From: Raja brachyura
Taxonomy: Eukaryota
Direction of reading: 5' to 3'
NCBI GenBank assembly: GCA_963514005.1
Contig: OY740792.1
Coordinates: forward strand, 35,960,001 to 36,024,000
Length of the DNA: 64,000 bases
Both the position numbers and the translations under genes were made by a program. This document shows, one piece after another, positions 1 through 12,482 of this stretch. Each line of letters begins with the position of its first letter. The first letter of the stretch is position 1. The notes under the pieces are model-generated. The model did not search any database and was not told where the DNA came from. It saw only the letters and a list, made by a program, of their open reading frames with translations.

Positions 1-676
1 TTGATCCGAGCGAGGAAGTTTTATTGAAACGTGGTAGTACGGCAGCAGATTTTAGATCATCAATCGCTGGTTTACTTAAGGTGGTGACACTTTTATCAAA
101 AGGATTGGTTAGCCTGTTCTTCACTTCTCCTACAATGAAAGGAATTGTTGAAATGCAGTGACAATTTTGATTATAATTCTACAGTTTATACCAATCAATT
201 TACAGGCAAGTTGCATTTTTATGAATCCCTGAATAATAGTGGAATCGAGATGTGGAAAATGGAGCAAAAAAAAATTTAAAAATGGTGTTTAAGTAAAAGA
301 CCAGCCAAGACTTCGGCCCACCATCGATCACCCATTCACACTAGTTCTATGTTATTCATCTACTACCTACAAACTACGGGAAATTTACAGAGACCAATTA
401 ACCTCTAAACTTTGGGATGTGGGAGGAAACCTGAGCATCTGTAGGAAACCCACAAGGTCAGAGGGAGAAAGTGCAAATGCTGCACAGACAGAATCCAAGG
501 TCAGGATTGAACCCAGAGCTGTGGCAGAGGCAGCAGCTCTACCAGCAGCGCCAGTGTGCCGTTCTTGATCTTGCTGAATGCAGAGCAGGTCAAGGGGCAA
601 ATGGCCCTTGCCCACTGCTATTTCTTATGTTAATTTGTATTGACAAATTACTGTGAGCTGCGATTGCTTTGTTGAG

Positions 677-863
677 GAAGGAACTGCAGATGCTGGTTTA
701 AACCAAAGATAGACACAAAAAGCTGTAGTAACTCAGCAGGTCAGGCAGCATCTCTGGAGAAAAGAAACAGGTGGTATTTTGGGTCGACCTGAAACATCAC
801 CTATTCTTTTTTTCCAGAGATGCTGCCTGACCTGCTAAGTTGCTCCAGCTGTTTGTGTCTATC
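677..863. mobile_element. Palindromic mini-element built from Penelope terminal-repeat sequence. Further copies at about 25510-25740, 28357-28542, 54408-54636 and 60085-60287.
   Basis: Inverted arms ACACAAA..GTAACTCAGCAGGTCAGGCAGCATCTCTGGA; 14-bp TSD ATTGCTTTGTTGAG (663-676 / 864-877). Confidence 0.75.
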
Positions 864-2495
864 ATTGCTTTGTTGAGATGGTTTCAAAATTCATTATGTA
901 CAATCTGACAGCAGAGTGTACTAACCACAGTTCCTAGATTTTGATCTACTTGTACCTTGTCAGAGAAACTTTCCAAATCCACCAGACCAATGTAAATCCA
1001 GACTGGTTCAGTTATGGGGCGTTCCCCAGTCCTCCACACCAGCCCAGCCCCACCCTCCAAAATTTGTTAAAAACTGTCACTAAAAGGGTGGTGTAAATCT
1101 GAAACTTGACATCAAGTATCTGCAAGAAATTACAATAACTAGACAGCTATCAGCTAACTTTTAAAACCCTTGCTGAGCAGAAAAGCTGTTTCATTTGTGT
1201 GGATTTATAGACCCCAGAACTTTTAAATCAAAACTAGATGCAAATTTATTTTACTAGCAGAATTGATAAAAAAATGTAGGAGCAGCAAGGATTCACTGAA
1301 AAAGTGCTTTCTGGGTTCGATCCCGACCACAGGTCTGTCTGTGTGGAGTTTACACGTTTACCTTGTGACTATGGAGGTTTCCTCCAGATGCTCAGGTTTC
1401 CTCCCACATCCCAAATACCTGCGGACGTAGGGCAATTGGCCTCTGTAAATTGTATAGAGAGTAGATGAGAAAGTGGGATAACATGGAACTAACATGTACA
1501 GGTGATCCAACGTCGGCGTGGACTTGGTGGGCCGAAGGTCCTGGTTCTATACTGCATCTTTAAATCTCTGAAGCTCTTGAGTTCCGCCCGCAATCTTGCT
1601 GCTCATCTTTCCTATCTTAGGACCAACATCATCTCTATTTATGAACCCCAACATGGCTTGGCCGCAACCTTTGTACAATATCCTCCAGTACAGCTCCTTG
1701 GAATATAACTTAGTTTAGACATACAGCGCGGAACAGGCCCTTCAGTCCACTGAGTGCATGCCAACCTGTGATCACCCTGTGCACTAGCACTATCCTACAC
1801 ACTAGGGTCAATTTACAATTTTACCGAAGCCAGTTAACCTACAAACCTGTAAGTCTTTGGAATGTGGGAGGAAACCAGAACAGCCGAAGAAAACCCATGC
1901 AGTCACAGGGAGAACATACAAACACCTTACAGACAGCACCCGTAATCAGGATTGAATCCGAGTGTCTGGCGCTGTAAAGCAGCAACTCTACCCCTGTGCC
2001 GCCCAAACTGGAAGTCATTACCATATAACAATTACAGCACGGAAACAGGCCCTCTCGGCCCTTCCAGTCCGTGCCGACCATTTATTTTCCCCTAGTCCCA
2101 TCTACCTGCACTCAGACCATACCCCTCCGTTCCCTTCCCGTCCATACACCTATCCACTTTACTTTTAAATGTTAAAATCGATCCTGCCTCCACCTCTTCT
2201 GCTGGAAGCTCATTCCACACAGCCACCACTCTCTGAGTAAAGAGGTTCCCCCTCATGTTACCCCTAAACTTCTGTCCCTTAATTCTCATGTCATGCCCTC
2301 TTGTTTGAATCTTTCCTACCCTCAATGGGAAAAGCTTATCCACCATTGAGGGTCAACTCGGTCTATCCCTTTCATCATTTTAAAGACCTCAATCAAGTCC
2401 CCCCTTAACCTTCTGCGCTCGTTTTATTCAATTAGTTTTATTCAAAGATGTACGAGTAAATTCAGTCATTAATTCTAATGAACTAAATACAGTAC

Positions 2496-2622
2496 CTTTG
2501 GCCTGTTTGTCTGAGGCAGTCAGATGCAATGTACTAAGAGCATCCTCCAGTTCTTTAACCTGATTTATTAGCCTTTGACCTTTATCAGGAAGGGCAGTAA
2601 TATTCACTGTTTTCAGAGTATG
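2496..2622 (-). CDS. TTF2: TTF2 coding exon 6 (HTLKTVNITALPDKGQRLINQVKELEDALSTLHLTASDKQAK); no later exon identified in the window
   Basis: tttcag| acceptor, G|GTACTG donor; LPDKG coiled-coil motif of TTF2. Confidence 0.92.
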
Positions 2623-3991
2623 CTGAAAATGAGAATTTCAAACATGAAAAAACAATATTGGCAAATGCTGCTATTTCAATTATCTTTATTTCTAAATTTG
2701 GACAAGCAGCTTTATTTTCCTGTGAAGCAATCACAACTTAATCAAACACCATTAAACAATATCTATCCTCCAGTTGTTGTTCTTCTACCTTGAATCAATT
2801 ATTAATTACTATATACAGTGTGCTCTGCAGGAAGTCACCACAAGAGTGGTAAACAGAACTTCTCTTACCTGCTACCTCTCCTGTCTAGGACCTGCAGTAG
2901 GTGCCCGAAAACAGCAAATCCCTTCAAGTTATAGTCTGTTGAAACTGGGAAATAAACTGCTGTCATTGACTAAATGACAATATGATTATGTAGTTTCCCC
3001 GTAGAGTTATAGTCATAGAGGATAGAAACAGGTTCTTCGGGCCAACTCGTTCATGCCGACCAAGATGCCCCATCTTTTGGTTTAGAAATACAGCCTGGGA
3101 ACAGGCCATTCAGCCCACCGAGTCCGCGCCAACCAACGATTGAATTCATTTTCCCAGTTTCGGATCCTACACACTCGGGTAATTTAGAAGTCAATTCACC
3201 TACAAACGCTGTATGTTTTCGGAATGTGAGCGAAACTCGAGCACTTGTAGAAAATCCACATGATCACATGGAGAACGTGCAAACTCTGTACAGACAACAC
3301 CCGTAGTCTGGATCTCTGGCACTGGAAGGCAGTAACTCTTCCACTACGCCACTGTCCCATTTAACTGGTCCCATATCCTCTAGACTTTTTCTATCTAGTT
3401 CCTAAAGTCCCTTTAGACTTTTCCTATCCATGTACCTGTCCAAGTGTCTTTTAAATGCTGTTATAGTACTTGCCTCATCTCCCTCTTCCGGCAGCTCGTT
3501 TGTGTATATCCACCACCCTCTGTGTGAAAATGTTGCCCCTCAGGTTCCTATTAAACCTTTCCTCTCTCACCTTAAACCTATGTCCACTGGTTCTTGATTC
3601 CCCTACTCCGGGTAATATAGACTCTGTGCATTCATCCTATCCCGTCATGATTTTATACACCTCTACAAGATCACCTCTTAGCCTCCTGCACTCCAAGGTA
3701 TAATGTCCTAGCGTGCCCAACTTCTCCCGATTGCTCAGGTTCTCAGTGCTGGCAACATCCTAGTTAATCTTCTCTACACTCTTTCCAGCTTAATGACATC
3801 CTTCCTATAGCAGTGTGACCAGAACAAAGCACAATGCTTCAAAATGCTTCAAATGTGGAAGAAACAGTACAAAATGAACTTGTCAAAGCAATGAATGATG
3901 GCAATAATGGCAATCCTGACTAACAATGCCCTTAATATCAACAACACTAAATTAACACCGTCCTTTCTTTACCTTTGCTCGTGACTATTAC

Positions 3992-5047
3992 CTTTCTCTG
4001 TTGAAGTTGAACAGTCAGTTGGTTGTGTAGTGCTGCTGTTTTCTTGGTTTCCATCTTTCCTGATGCATACTCAAATCCAGGAAAGGCTGTGAGTGTTGCT
4101 TGTTTATGACTTGTTTTTGGATTCTTTGTAGTTATGCTTTGCTTGACATCCACTGAGTGACTATTGGGCACACTTTGCTCTAATGTGGTATAGATATTTC
4201 CTGCTGCAATACTCACAGAAGCCTTGACATCAATTTGTCTACATGACTCACTTTCCTCATTTGCTGGCTTGTTTGAATCAGATTTATGTGCTGTGAGAAC
4301 AGAACTGGCATCACGTTCAACTTTGGTTGTTTGTTTCCATTGTACATCGTTTTCTGGAGTACATGTTGACTCATTCAGTTGGGATACACTCATTCCATTG
4401 CACTTCTGAGTGCTAAGTGACTTCTCATTTGTACTTTTACTGCTTGATGCCTGTCTATCCTTCGCTATGCCCATTTTCACATGTGCGGCGTTTCCATGAT
4501 GAGACAAACTATTCAATGATCCTTTATGGACATACTTCACCTCAGATTCTAATGATATCTTATCCTCTGCTATGTGTGATACCTTTGAAACCTTTCCTCT
4601 ATCATCTGGCAAGGGATCACCTGGCAAATTGTGATTTCTGCCAGAGTCAATGCCACCTATTCTGGCATCACACTTAAGATGAGGCCTTGTTTCTTTCTGA
4701 GTCTTTTCAAAGTCCTTAATATGAGGTTTTTCACCCTCATCACATAACCTTTCACTGATGTTGAGCCCATTAGAAGACTTCTTTGTTGCTTTCTCGTTGT
4801 ATGTTGGTGGTGACCCACCCAAACCAACCGATTCATCCACATCTTTATTGTGTTTCCCATCTGATTCAGGTTCAGCACCTTGTTTACTGTTGCTATTAGT
4901 AGTAATAGTAGTAGTACAGAGAGTAGGCTGCTTCTGATTCTTGGCTGGTATTCTAAAAGGATTTCGCTGTTGATTCTCAGAAACTAGGGACTGCTGTGTA
5001 TCCTGATGGCCATCTCTATTAGTTGATGAAATCTTTGGATTTGACAC
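3992..5047 (-). CDS. TTF2: TTF2 coding exon 5 (large low-complexity exon, 352 codons, ending LTVQLQQRK)
   Basis: ORF 3947..5047; tttcag|GTG acceptor, AAG|GTAATA donor; 1056 nt, phase 0-0. Confidence 0.9.
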
Positions 5048-5314
5048 CTGAAAAGCAAATATACATACATATTTTTTTTAATGAAAACTGGCATGTTAAT
5101 TGAAAACCAATTGTGGAATACCACTTTTGCATCCCTTCTTCATTAAAGTGATGCATGTCAAAGCCAGAAAAAACATCTTCCATTCCCATATCTTATACAG
5201 CCATCAATTTCTCTCAGGACAGGAGAGACAAATTGAAACACTGACGACATTTGAAAAGAAAATCTCCAAAGAATCCAAAACTTAAATTAAGAATCAGAGT
5301 ATGAACATCCATAC

Positions 5315-5381
5315 CTGCCAAGGCACATTTCCACACCATTTTAGTTTATCTTCCTTCCCTTTAATACACCGATAGTATAAT
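5315..5381 (-). CDS. TTF2: TTF2 coding exon 4 (LYYRCIKGKEDKLKWCGNVPWQ)
   Basis: tgtag| acceptor, CAG|GTATGG donor. Exons 1-4 sum to 28+112+87+67=294 nt, a continuous 98-codon frame. RC..WCG.VPWQ motif. Confidence 0.92.
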
Positions 5382-7120
5382 CTACACGAACAGCACAAGA
5401 CAAATAATCAAAACATCAGAAATCATTCCATTCCTTTCATTATTTCTACTCCTAAAGGAAAATTATTCCATGTGATTCCTATTAATAAATGTAGTGAAGC
5501 AAGATCATTTCATGACATAGGGATTATGCACGATGGAAGACAAAATATATTTCAGCAAAGGCACTATATGTTGTTCACAACTCTCTGCAATTTCTTGAGG
5601 TGTTGGGCAAAGCAGTTGCAATGTCAAGCTGTGATGTATATTGACAGATTGCTGTGAATGGTGCACCTGCAGAAATTAGCAAGTCATTGGAGGGATGCTG
5701 AATTTCCTTAGCTTTGAGAAAGTATAGGCATTGAGGTTTCTTCGCCATAGAATAGTACAAATTGTTGGTGATATTTATATCGGAACTTGAAGCTTTAGAC
5801 AAACTCCACCAGCGGCATTGATAAAGGCAGGGACGTGTACTCTTCCCCGCTTCAATGGTACTTGTCACAATTACCGAGGGACAGTGGAGTTCCTTTTTTG
5901 ATACAGTTCAGTCCAAATTTTACTATACATAAGCACAATTACAGTTAAGTACAAGTGCATAGAAATAGTACAGAGAAGTCTACAACTCCTGAAGTCTTCC
6001 TGAAGTTGATGGCTAGCTTCTTCGTATTGCCAGCATTGAGGGAGAGGCTGTTGTCTTGACACAATTCTATTAAACTTTCTATTTCCTTCCTGTACTATGT
6101 CTTGTTATTATTTGAGACCCAACCCACCTCAGTGGTGTCATCTGCAACTTGTAAATTGAGTTATTACAGAGCTGCAGGTCATGAGTGTACAAGGAGCCGA
6201 GTAGGCAGCCTTGCGGGGCATGATGTTGAGAATTATCATGGAGGAGATGTTGTGGTCTATCCTTACTGATTGGAGGTCAGGAAGTCGATAACGTAGTTGC
6301 AAAAGGGAATGCCAAGTCCAAGAGTCAAGGGTTTGGAGCAGAAAAAAAGGACACAAAGTGCTGGAGTAACTCGTTGGGTCAGGCAGCATCTCTGGAGAAC
6401 ATGGATAGGTGTCATTTAGGGTCGGGACTTCTTCAGGCTGATTGTGGTTGGGAGTAGGGTGAGCAGAGAAAGCTGAAGAGAGGAGGAACAGGACAAAACC
6501 TGGCAAATGATAGATGGGCACAGGTGAGGTTTTGATAGGTAGATGGTTGGACAAAGCTAGAAATGAAGTGATAGGTTAAGGATAGAAGAGGTGAGTTAAG
6601 GATAGAAAAAGTGTCAATGGTGAGGCCAGAAGAAGGAATAGAGGTGGGGGACAAGGAGAGGGGGAAACAGAGAAATGGGTGCAACTCCAGGTGGGGCACA
6701 GAGAAGGGGGAGGGTTGTTACTGGGTTAGTTATCTGGAACTGGAGAATTCAATATTCATACTGTTGGGTTGTAAGCTACCTAAGCAGGATATGAGGTGCT
6801 AGTCCTTCAGTTTGTGTGTGGCTTCACTCTGGTAATAGAGGAGGCCCACAACAACCTTCTGGCTGTTTTTGCATGAATACAGTTACATAGTATTACTGTT
6901 ATTAGTTTAATGTATTTTTGATTATTATCTACTCTGTGTTAACGAATTTACAGTCCTGTTAAGCTGCAGTACGAATTTCATTGTTCCGTTGTCAATGCAT
7001 ATGATAATTAAACGCTCTTAACTCTTAACACATCAAGGAATTCTGCATTACATTGATTCATTGCTCATTAAGTAAAACATGAATGATTGTGGTTTATACA
7101 GCAGGGATAATAAATCTTAC

Positions 7121-7207
7121 CGGTACGATCGAGTGTCGGATTTTTTGTGAATGGCTTGAAGTTCCACAATCGAGTCTTCATGCACCAGACAGTGAGATAC
7201 AGGAATA
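7121..7207 (-). CDS. TTF2: TTF2 coding exon 3 (IPVSHCLVHEDSIVELQAIHKKSDTRSYR)
   Basis: ctcag| acceptor, |GTAAGA donor; 87 nt, phase 2-2; matches TTF2 IPVSHCLLHED..VELQ. Confidence 0.92.
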
Positions 7208-7771
7208 CTGAGTAAGACAGACAAGAACAATTCTAATGGCATTTTTGGGATATCAAAATAACTATCAAACAATCACCATCAAGTGGTTCACATTAAAAGG
7301 ATTACATTAATTCAGCTCGGGATATATAGGCTAGAAAACAGATGGGTGGAAAGCTAGATGGGCATGCTGATCATACAAAGCCATCCAACGAAAATAAACA
7401 AAAATATGGGTCCTCACCTTTAACCCTGCCAATCTCTATATCCACATCAGCCTTATTATCTCTCCCAGCTGTGATCCCACCAATGGTTCCATTATCCCTC
7501 TCCCCACGCCTTTCTGCTTCCCACCCTCCCTCCTGGATCCCAACTGTCTATCACCCTTATACCACTGTGAATTTCCCATCCCCTCCCACAACTGGTTCCA
7601 TCTGCACATCATCAGCCCCTTATTCGATACTGGCCATCTTCCGTCTGCACTCTCAACATTGCTTGACCAAATATCGGGCCTATTTAGAATACTGTTCCTA
7701 AACATTGCTCACTTTCCTGCATTGGTCCTACATGCTCTTGAACATCACAACCCTGAATGATCAATACATAC

Positions 7772-7883
7772 TCAGCAGGCTGTACAAATGAACAATGCGA
7801 AGTCTGCTGAGTTGCACAGAGGTAAAAACTCTTTCCCTTGGTAGCTCCATTTCTCACTCCAGTCTTCAATATACATAGGGCTC
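7772..7883 (-). CDS. TTF2: TTF2 coding exon 2 ([38 protein letters not shown]), GRF-type zinc finger
   Basis: tctcag| acceptor and |GTATGT donor; LKTGVRxGxxKGKSFYxC motif typical of TTF2. Confidence 0.93.
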
Positions 7884-10809
7884 CTGAGAGAAACAAGAGA
7901 ATATGATCAAAAAAGTAGCAAAGGTAAAGAAATCAAAGGAAGTCTTGATCCTCGATCAAAGATACAGCGTGGAAACAGGACCTTCAGCTCACCACATTCA
8001 CCCCTACCAGCGATTCCCATACACTGCATTATCCTACACACAAGGGACAATTTACAATTTTCACTCATTCGCACTAGTTCTGTTACCGCACTTTCTCATC
8101 AACTCCCTACACACTAGGGAGCAATATACAGAGGCCAATTAATCTACAAACCCACACATCCTAGGAATGTGGGAGGATACCAGACACCCGGAGGAAACCC
8201 ACGTGGTCATAGGAAAAAAGTGCAAACTCCACACAGACAGCACCCGACATCAGGATCACACTCAGGTTTCTGGCGCTGAGGCAGCAGCTCTACCAGCTGC
8301 GCCAGTATGTTGCCCTGAATCAAAAGGAGAGAGCAAACCTTGGTGGATCAAAAGGAGATGGAAAGGAGCACAGGGATGGCATTTTATTTGAAATTGGAAC
8401 AGTTAATGTTCACACCATTAGGCAAGCCTACCCTGACAGAATACGAGGTATTGGTTTTCCAGTTTGTATTTGGTCTCACGTTGGCAGTGGAATAGACCAC
8501 AGACATGTCTGTGTGAGAATGGGGAGGGAGTTTAAAATGGCATACAACCAAGTGCACAGTGGGCACACGGCAGGCAACGTGTCGCAGCAGGTAGAGCTGC
8601 TGCCTCAAAGCGCCAGAGACCCGGGTGCTGTCTATGTGAAGATATGTTTTCTCTGTGACCGTGTTGGTTTCCTCTGGGCATGCCGGATTCCTCCTACATC
8701 CCAAAGACAGGCGGGTTTGTAGGTTAATTGGTCCTCTGTAAATTTTCCCCAGTGTGTTGGGAGAGGATGGGAAAGCAAGATGACATAGACCAACAATTAA
8801 TGTGTGGTATGGAGTCAGTAGGCCGAAGAGCCTATTTCTAACACTGTATCTCTAAACTAAACGTAGAGCACACGGAAAATAGTCACCTAGTGTATGCTTG
8901 GTTTCGCCGATGTAGAGGAGGGCACATTAAGAGGAGTGAAGTTGTAGAGATGCATAAAGCCAAGAGAATAGGTAGAATGAATGCATAGCATCTTTTATCC
9001 AGAGTAGGGGAATCAAAAACCAGAGGACATAGGTTTATGGTGAGAGATTTTATAGGAAATTGCGGGGCAATTTTTCATGCAGAAAGTGGCAGGTAAATGG
9101 AATGAGCTGCCAGAGGTCATTGGGGCGGGTACAACAACAACAATTAAAAGACATTTGGACAGGTACATGGATAGGAAAAGTTTGGAGAGATATGGACCAA
9201 ACGCAGGCAAATTGAACCAGTATGGCTGGGGCATACTGTTCCGCATTGACGAGATGGGTCGAAGGGCCTGTATTCGTGCTGTATGACTTCATGACTCCTT
9301 CTTTTATGTTTGACCACACACCAGAAGTAATACGCAGCAGCGATTAGCGTCATAAATATACTATTCAAATACATTATGAGATTAAAGATGTCTTCCTGTA
9401 ATCACACACAACTTGGCGAAACCAGGCATGGTATATCGCAAACAGTTACACTATCCTTACTGAAAATGGGTTTACTTGCTATAGAGGCAGTGCAGCAAAG
9501 ATTCACCAAACTGGGAGATTAGGTTTGTTACATAAAATTAGTTTAAGTTAGGGGAAACTTGGGATCTTGAGCAAAACACATAATGCTGGAGGAACTCAAT
9601 GGGTCAGGTAGCATTTGTGATGGGAATGGACAACCTTTCAGGTCTGGAATCAGTCTGAAGGGTCTCGACCTGAAACGTCACCAATTCCTTCTCTCCTTAG
9701 ATGCTGCCTCTCCTGCTGAGTTAGTCCAGCATTTTGTGCTTACTTTCAGCTCTGGACCGTCTTTCAGACTGTCTGAAAACTCAGGAAACCAACAAACATC
9801 TTGCTGAAGGCAGACCAGAAGCCAATTGAGAAACAAGGAACTGCAGATGCTGGTTTACAAAAAAGGACACAAAATGCTGGAGTAACTCAGCAGGTCAGGC
9901 AGCATCTCAGGACAACATGGATAGTTAACGTTTCAGGTCAGTACTCTTCTTCAGATTGGTCTGAAGGAAGGTCCCACGTTGTGTCTTTTCCAGATGCCAA
10001 TTGGGTATCTGTTGCACCAAATTTACACCAACATACCTGCATCATTCCTAAAATAAAATCTTAAAACTGGCCCTGGTGGAATTTCAGAGGTTTTGGACCT
10101 CAGCAACTGAAGCCAGGTAGGGAAGGGAAGGTGCAGCCACAGGTCAAGGACATCATCAAAGACCCACACCATCCTTGCCACACTCATTTCACCATTGCCA
10201 TCGGGAATAAGGTACAGGAGTCTGAAAACTGTGACGTCCAGGTTCAGGAACAGCTTCTTCCCTGCAGCCATCAGGCTGTTAAACACAACAACGAATAAAC
10301 TCTGAGCTCTGAACTGGAAAAGACTATTATTATTGCCTTATATTTGTTACTTATTGAACTTTTTCCTCTTCCCCCGTTATGTACTATGTTTACATATTCA
10401 CATATTCTGTTGTGCTGCAGGAAGTAAGAATTTAATTGTCTCATCCGGGACATATGACAATAAAACACCCTTGACATCAGTTGGTAGACAAAAATGCTGG
10501 AGAAACTCAGCGGGTGAAGCAGCATCTATGGAGCGAAGGAAATAAGCGACGTTTCGGGCCGAAACACTACTTCAGACATTAGTTGCACCGTTTTTTACAC
10601 CAACATAGTTGCGCCTAAAACATCTAAAACATAGTCATAAAACTACCCTTGGTGGAATTTCAGAGGGTTGGGACCTCAGCACCAGAGGGAGGTAGGCCTG
10701 GGAGTGTGGAGGTCCAGGGCTGGAGATGAGATCCCAGCACCATGGTCAACTACATAACTCAATGCACTGAGGGCAGCTGATGATCAAAGATCCTCTTGCG
10801 TGCTATAGG

Positions 10810-11260
10810 TTGCCGACACGTCACATCCGGCGATCGTTATTTAAAACATCGGCGCCGCTTCCTGAGACATCCGCCAGTTACATGCTCACACTTTTAATGT
10901 CCAATACCGCTATTGCCACGTACCGTGCTCCGTGCACATCACCTTCTCCATGGTTGCTTCCAGCTCGGGGACACGGCGCGAGCCACAACTAAAGATGATC
11001 TTTGGCCACAACTTCAAACACCGGCGGCCCAACGGTCACCAGCCCCGCTCGCCGCACCCGCACCCGCACCCGCACCGACGTCACTCTCGTCCAATCAGTG
11101 GCCAGGATGCGGCTGTAGGGCGGGACCAAACCCCGGCCTCCACGTCGCTCTCGGTGAGCGACGGCCACGAGCACCAATCAGAATATGAGACGAGCAGCGG
11201 GGGCGGGGCGATGCGGGGCGGGGAGAGGTGAGCTGTCCATCCACCCCCCCCCCTAAAACA
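10810..11260 (-). promoter_or_regulatory. CpG-rich TTF2 promoter/5' UTR region
   Basis: High CpG density against an AT-rich background. CCAAT boxes (CCAATCAG at ~11091 and ~11174), GC boxes (GGGCGG at ~11118 and ~11201) and a (GCACCC)n tract upstream of the ATG at 10951. Confidence 0.75.
10924..10951 (-). CDS. TTF2: TTF2 coding exon 1 (MEKVMCTEH-G)
   Basis: Kozak-like gcaaccATGG on the minus strand; 28 nt, then G|GTACGT donor. Resembles the vertebrate TTF2 N-terminus (human MEEVRCPEHG, recalled) and splices in frame to exon 2. Confidence 0.9.
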
Positions 11261-11442
11261 CCAAAGCACTACCTCACCCTAAGATCTCACCTCCAGTGGG
11301 AGGCACTGGAGGTGAGATAGTGTTTTAGTTGTCATTTTGTCCCTGTAACTAAAGTTGTCTTTGTTAGCAAAAAAATGTAAGTTCAGATTATGTTTTAGTG
11401 CTCAATTTTGTACAGGTAACTAGAGTCACCTTTGATTAAAAA

Positions 11443-12482
11443 CATTTTTAACCCTTCGACCATAACCCCACAGACGAGCACCAGGCCATTATCTCAAATA
11501 CCATCACGGGCTTCCAGTTCGAAATACTTCCAGCTTTGCTTCCTGCTCCCTGCCTGCCCAAGCCTTCCAACTTCCATTTACTTTGGAACTGTTGTGCTAC
11601 AATGCTATAATACTACATTCTGTTTTTTTTACATGTATGTTTCCCATTCCTGCACGCCCAATTTTACCTTCTCCCCAAAATCCACAAACCTGACTGTCCT
11701 GGCAGACCCATTGTTTCTGCTTGTTCTTGTCCCACCTAACCTATTTCCACGTACCTCGACTCCATACCTCTTCAAATCCCTCCCTTCCTATGTCCAAGAC
11801 ACCTCACACGCTCTTCATCTCCTCCATGACTTCCGTTTTCCAGGCCCCCACTCCCTCATCTTCACCATTGATGTCCTGTTACTCTACCTCCATCCCCCAT
11901 CATGAGGGTCTTAAAGCCCTCCGTTTCTTCCTCAACCGCACAACCAACCAATCCCCATCTACAAATACTTTCCTCCGCCTAGCAGAGCTGGTCTTTACCC
12001 TCAAAACTTTTCCTTTGACTCCTCCCATTTCATCCAAATCCAAGGTGTAGCGATGGGCATGCGCATGGGCCCCAGCTACGCCTGCCTCTTTGTAGGGTAC
12101 GTCGAACAATCCTTGTTCAAGACGTACCAGGGCCCATTCCCGAACTCTACCTCCGCTGCATTGACGACTGCATTGGTGCTACCTCCTGCACCCATGCAGA
12201 ACTCATTGACTTCATCCATTTCACTACTAACTTGCATCCGGCACTCAAATTCACCTGGATTGACTTCTCCAATTTCAGGTAGTCCTTGCTTTCTCCCTCC
12301 TTCTCTTCCCCTTCCCAGCTCTCCCAAAGCCTACTGTCTCCGCCTCTTCCTTTCTTCTTCCCGCCGCGCCCCACCCCCCACCTCCACATCAGTCTGAAGA
12401 AGGGTCCCAACTTGAAACGTCACCTATTCCTTCGCTCCATAGATGCTGCCTCACCTGTTGAATTTCTCCAGCATTTTTGTCT
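11443..12482 (+). mobile_element. Penelope-like RT fragment with terminal repeat
   Basis: GVAMG.RMGPSYACLFVGYVEQ and IDD motifs; 15-bp TSD ACCTTTGATTAAAAA (11428-11442 / 12483-12497). Confidence 0.85.

Noticed and set aside
950-1125. Possible TTF2 exon 7 on the minus strand
   Set aside because: Both candidate acceptors give in-frame stops in the phase required after exon 6, and no TTF2 motif is recognisable.
2866-2960. Strong minus-strand donor (CAG|GTAAGA) in TTF2 intron 5
   Set aside because: Exons 5 and 6 already join in frame; nothing supports an extra exon beyond the motif.
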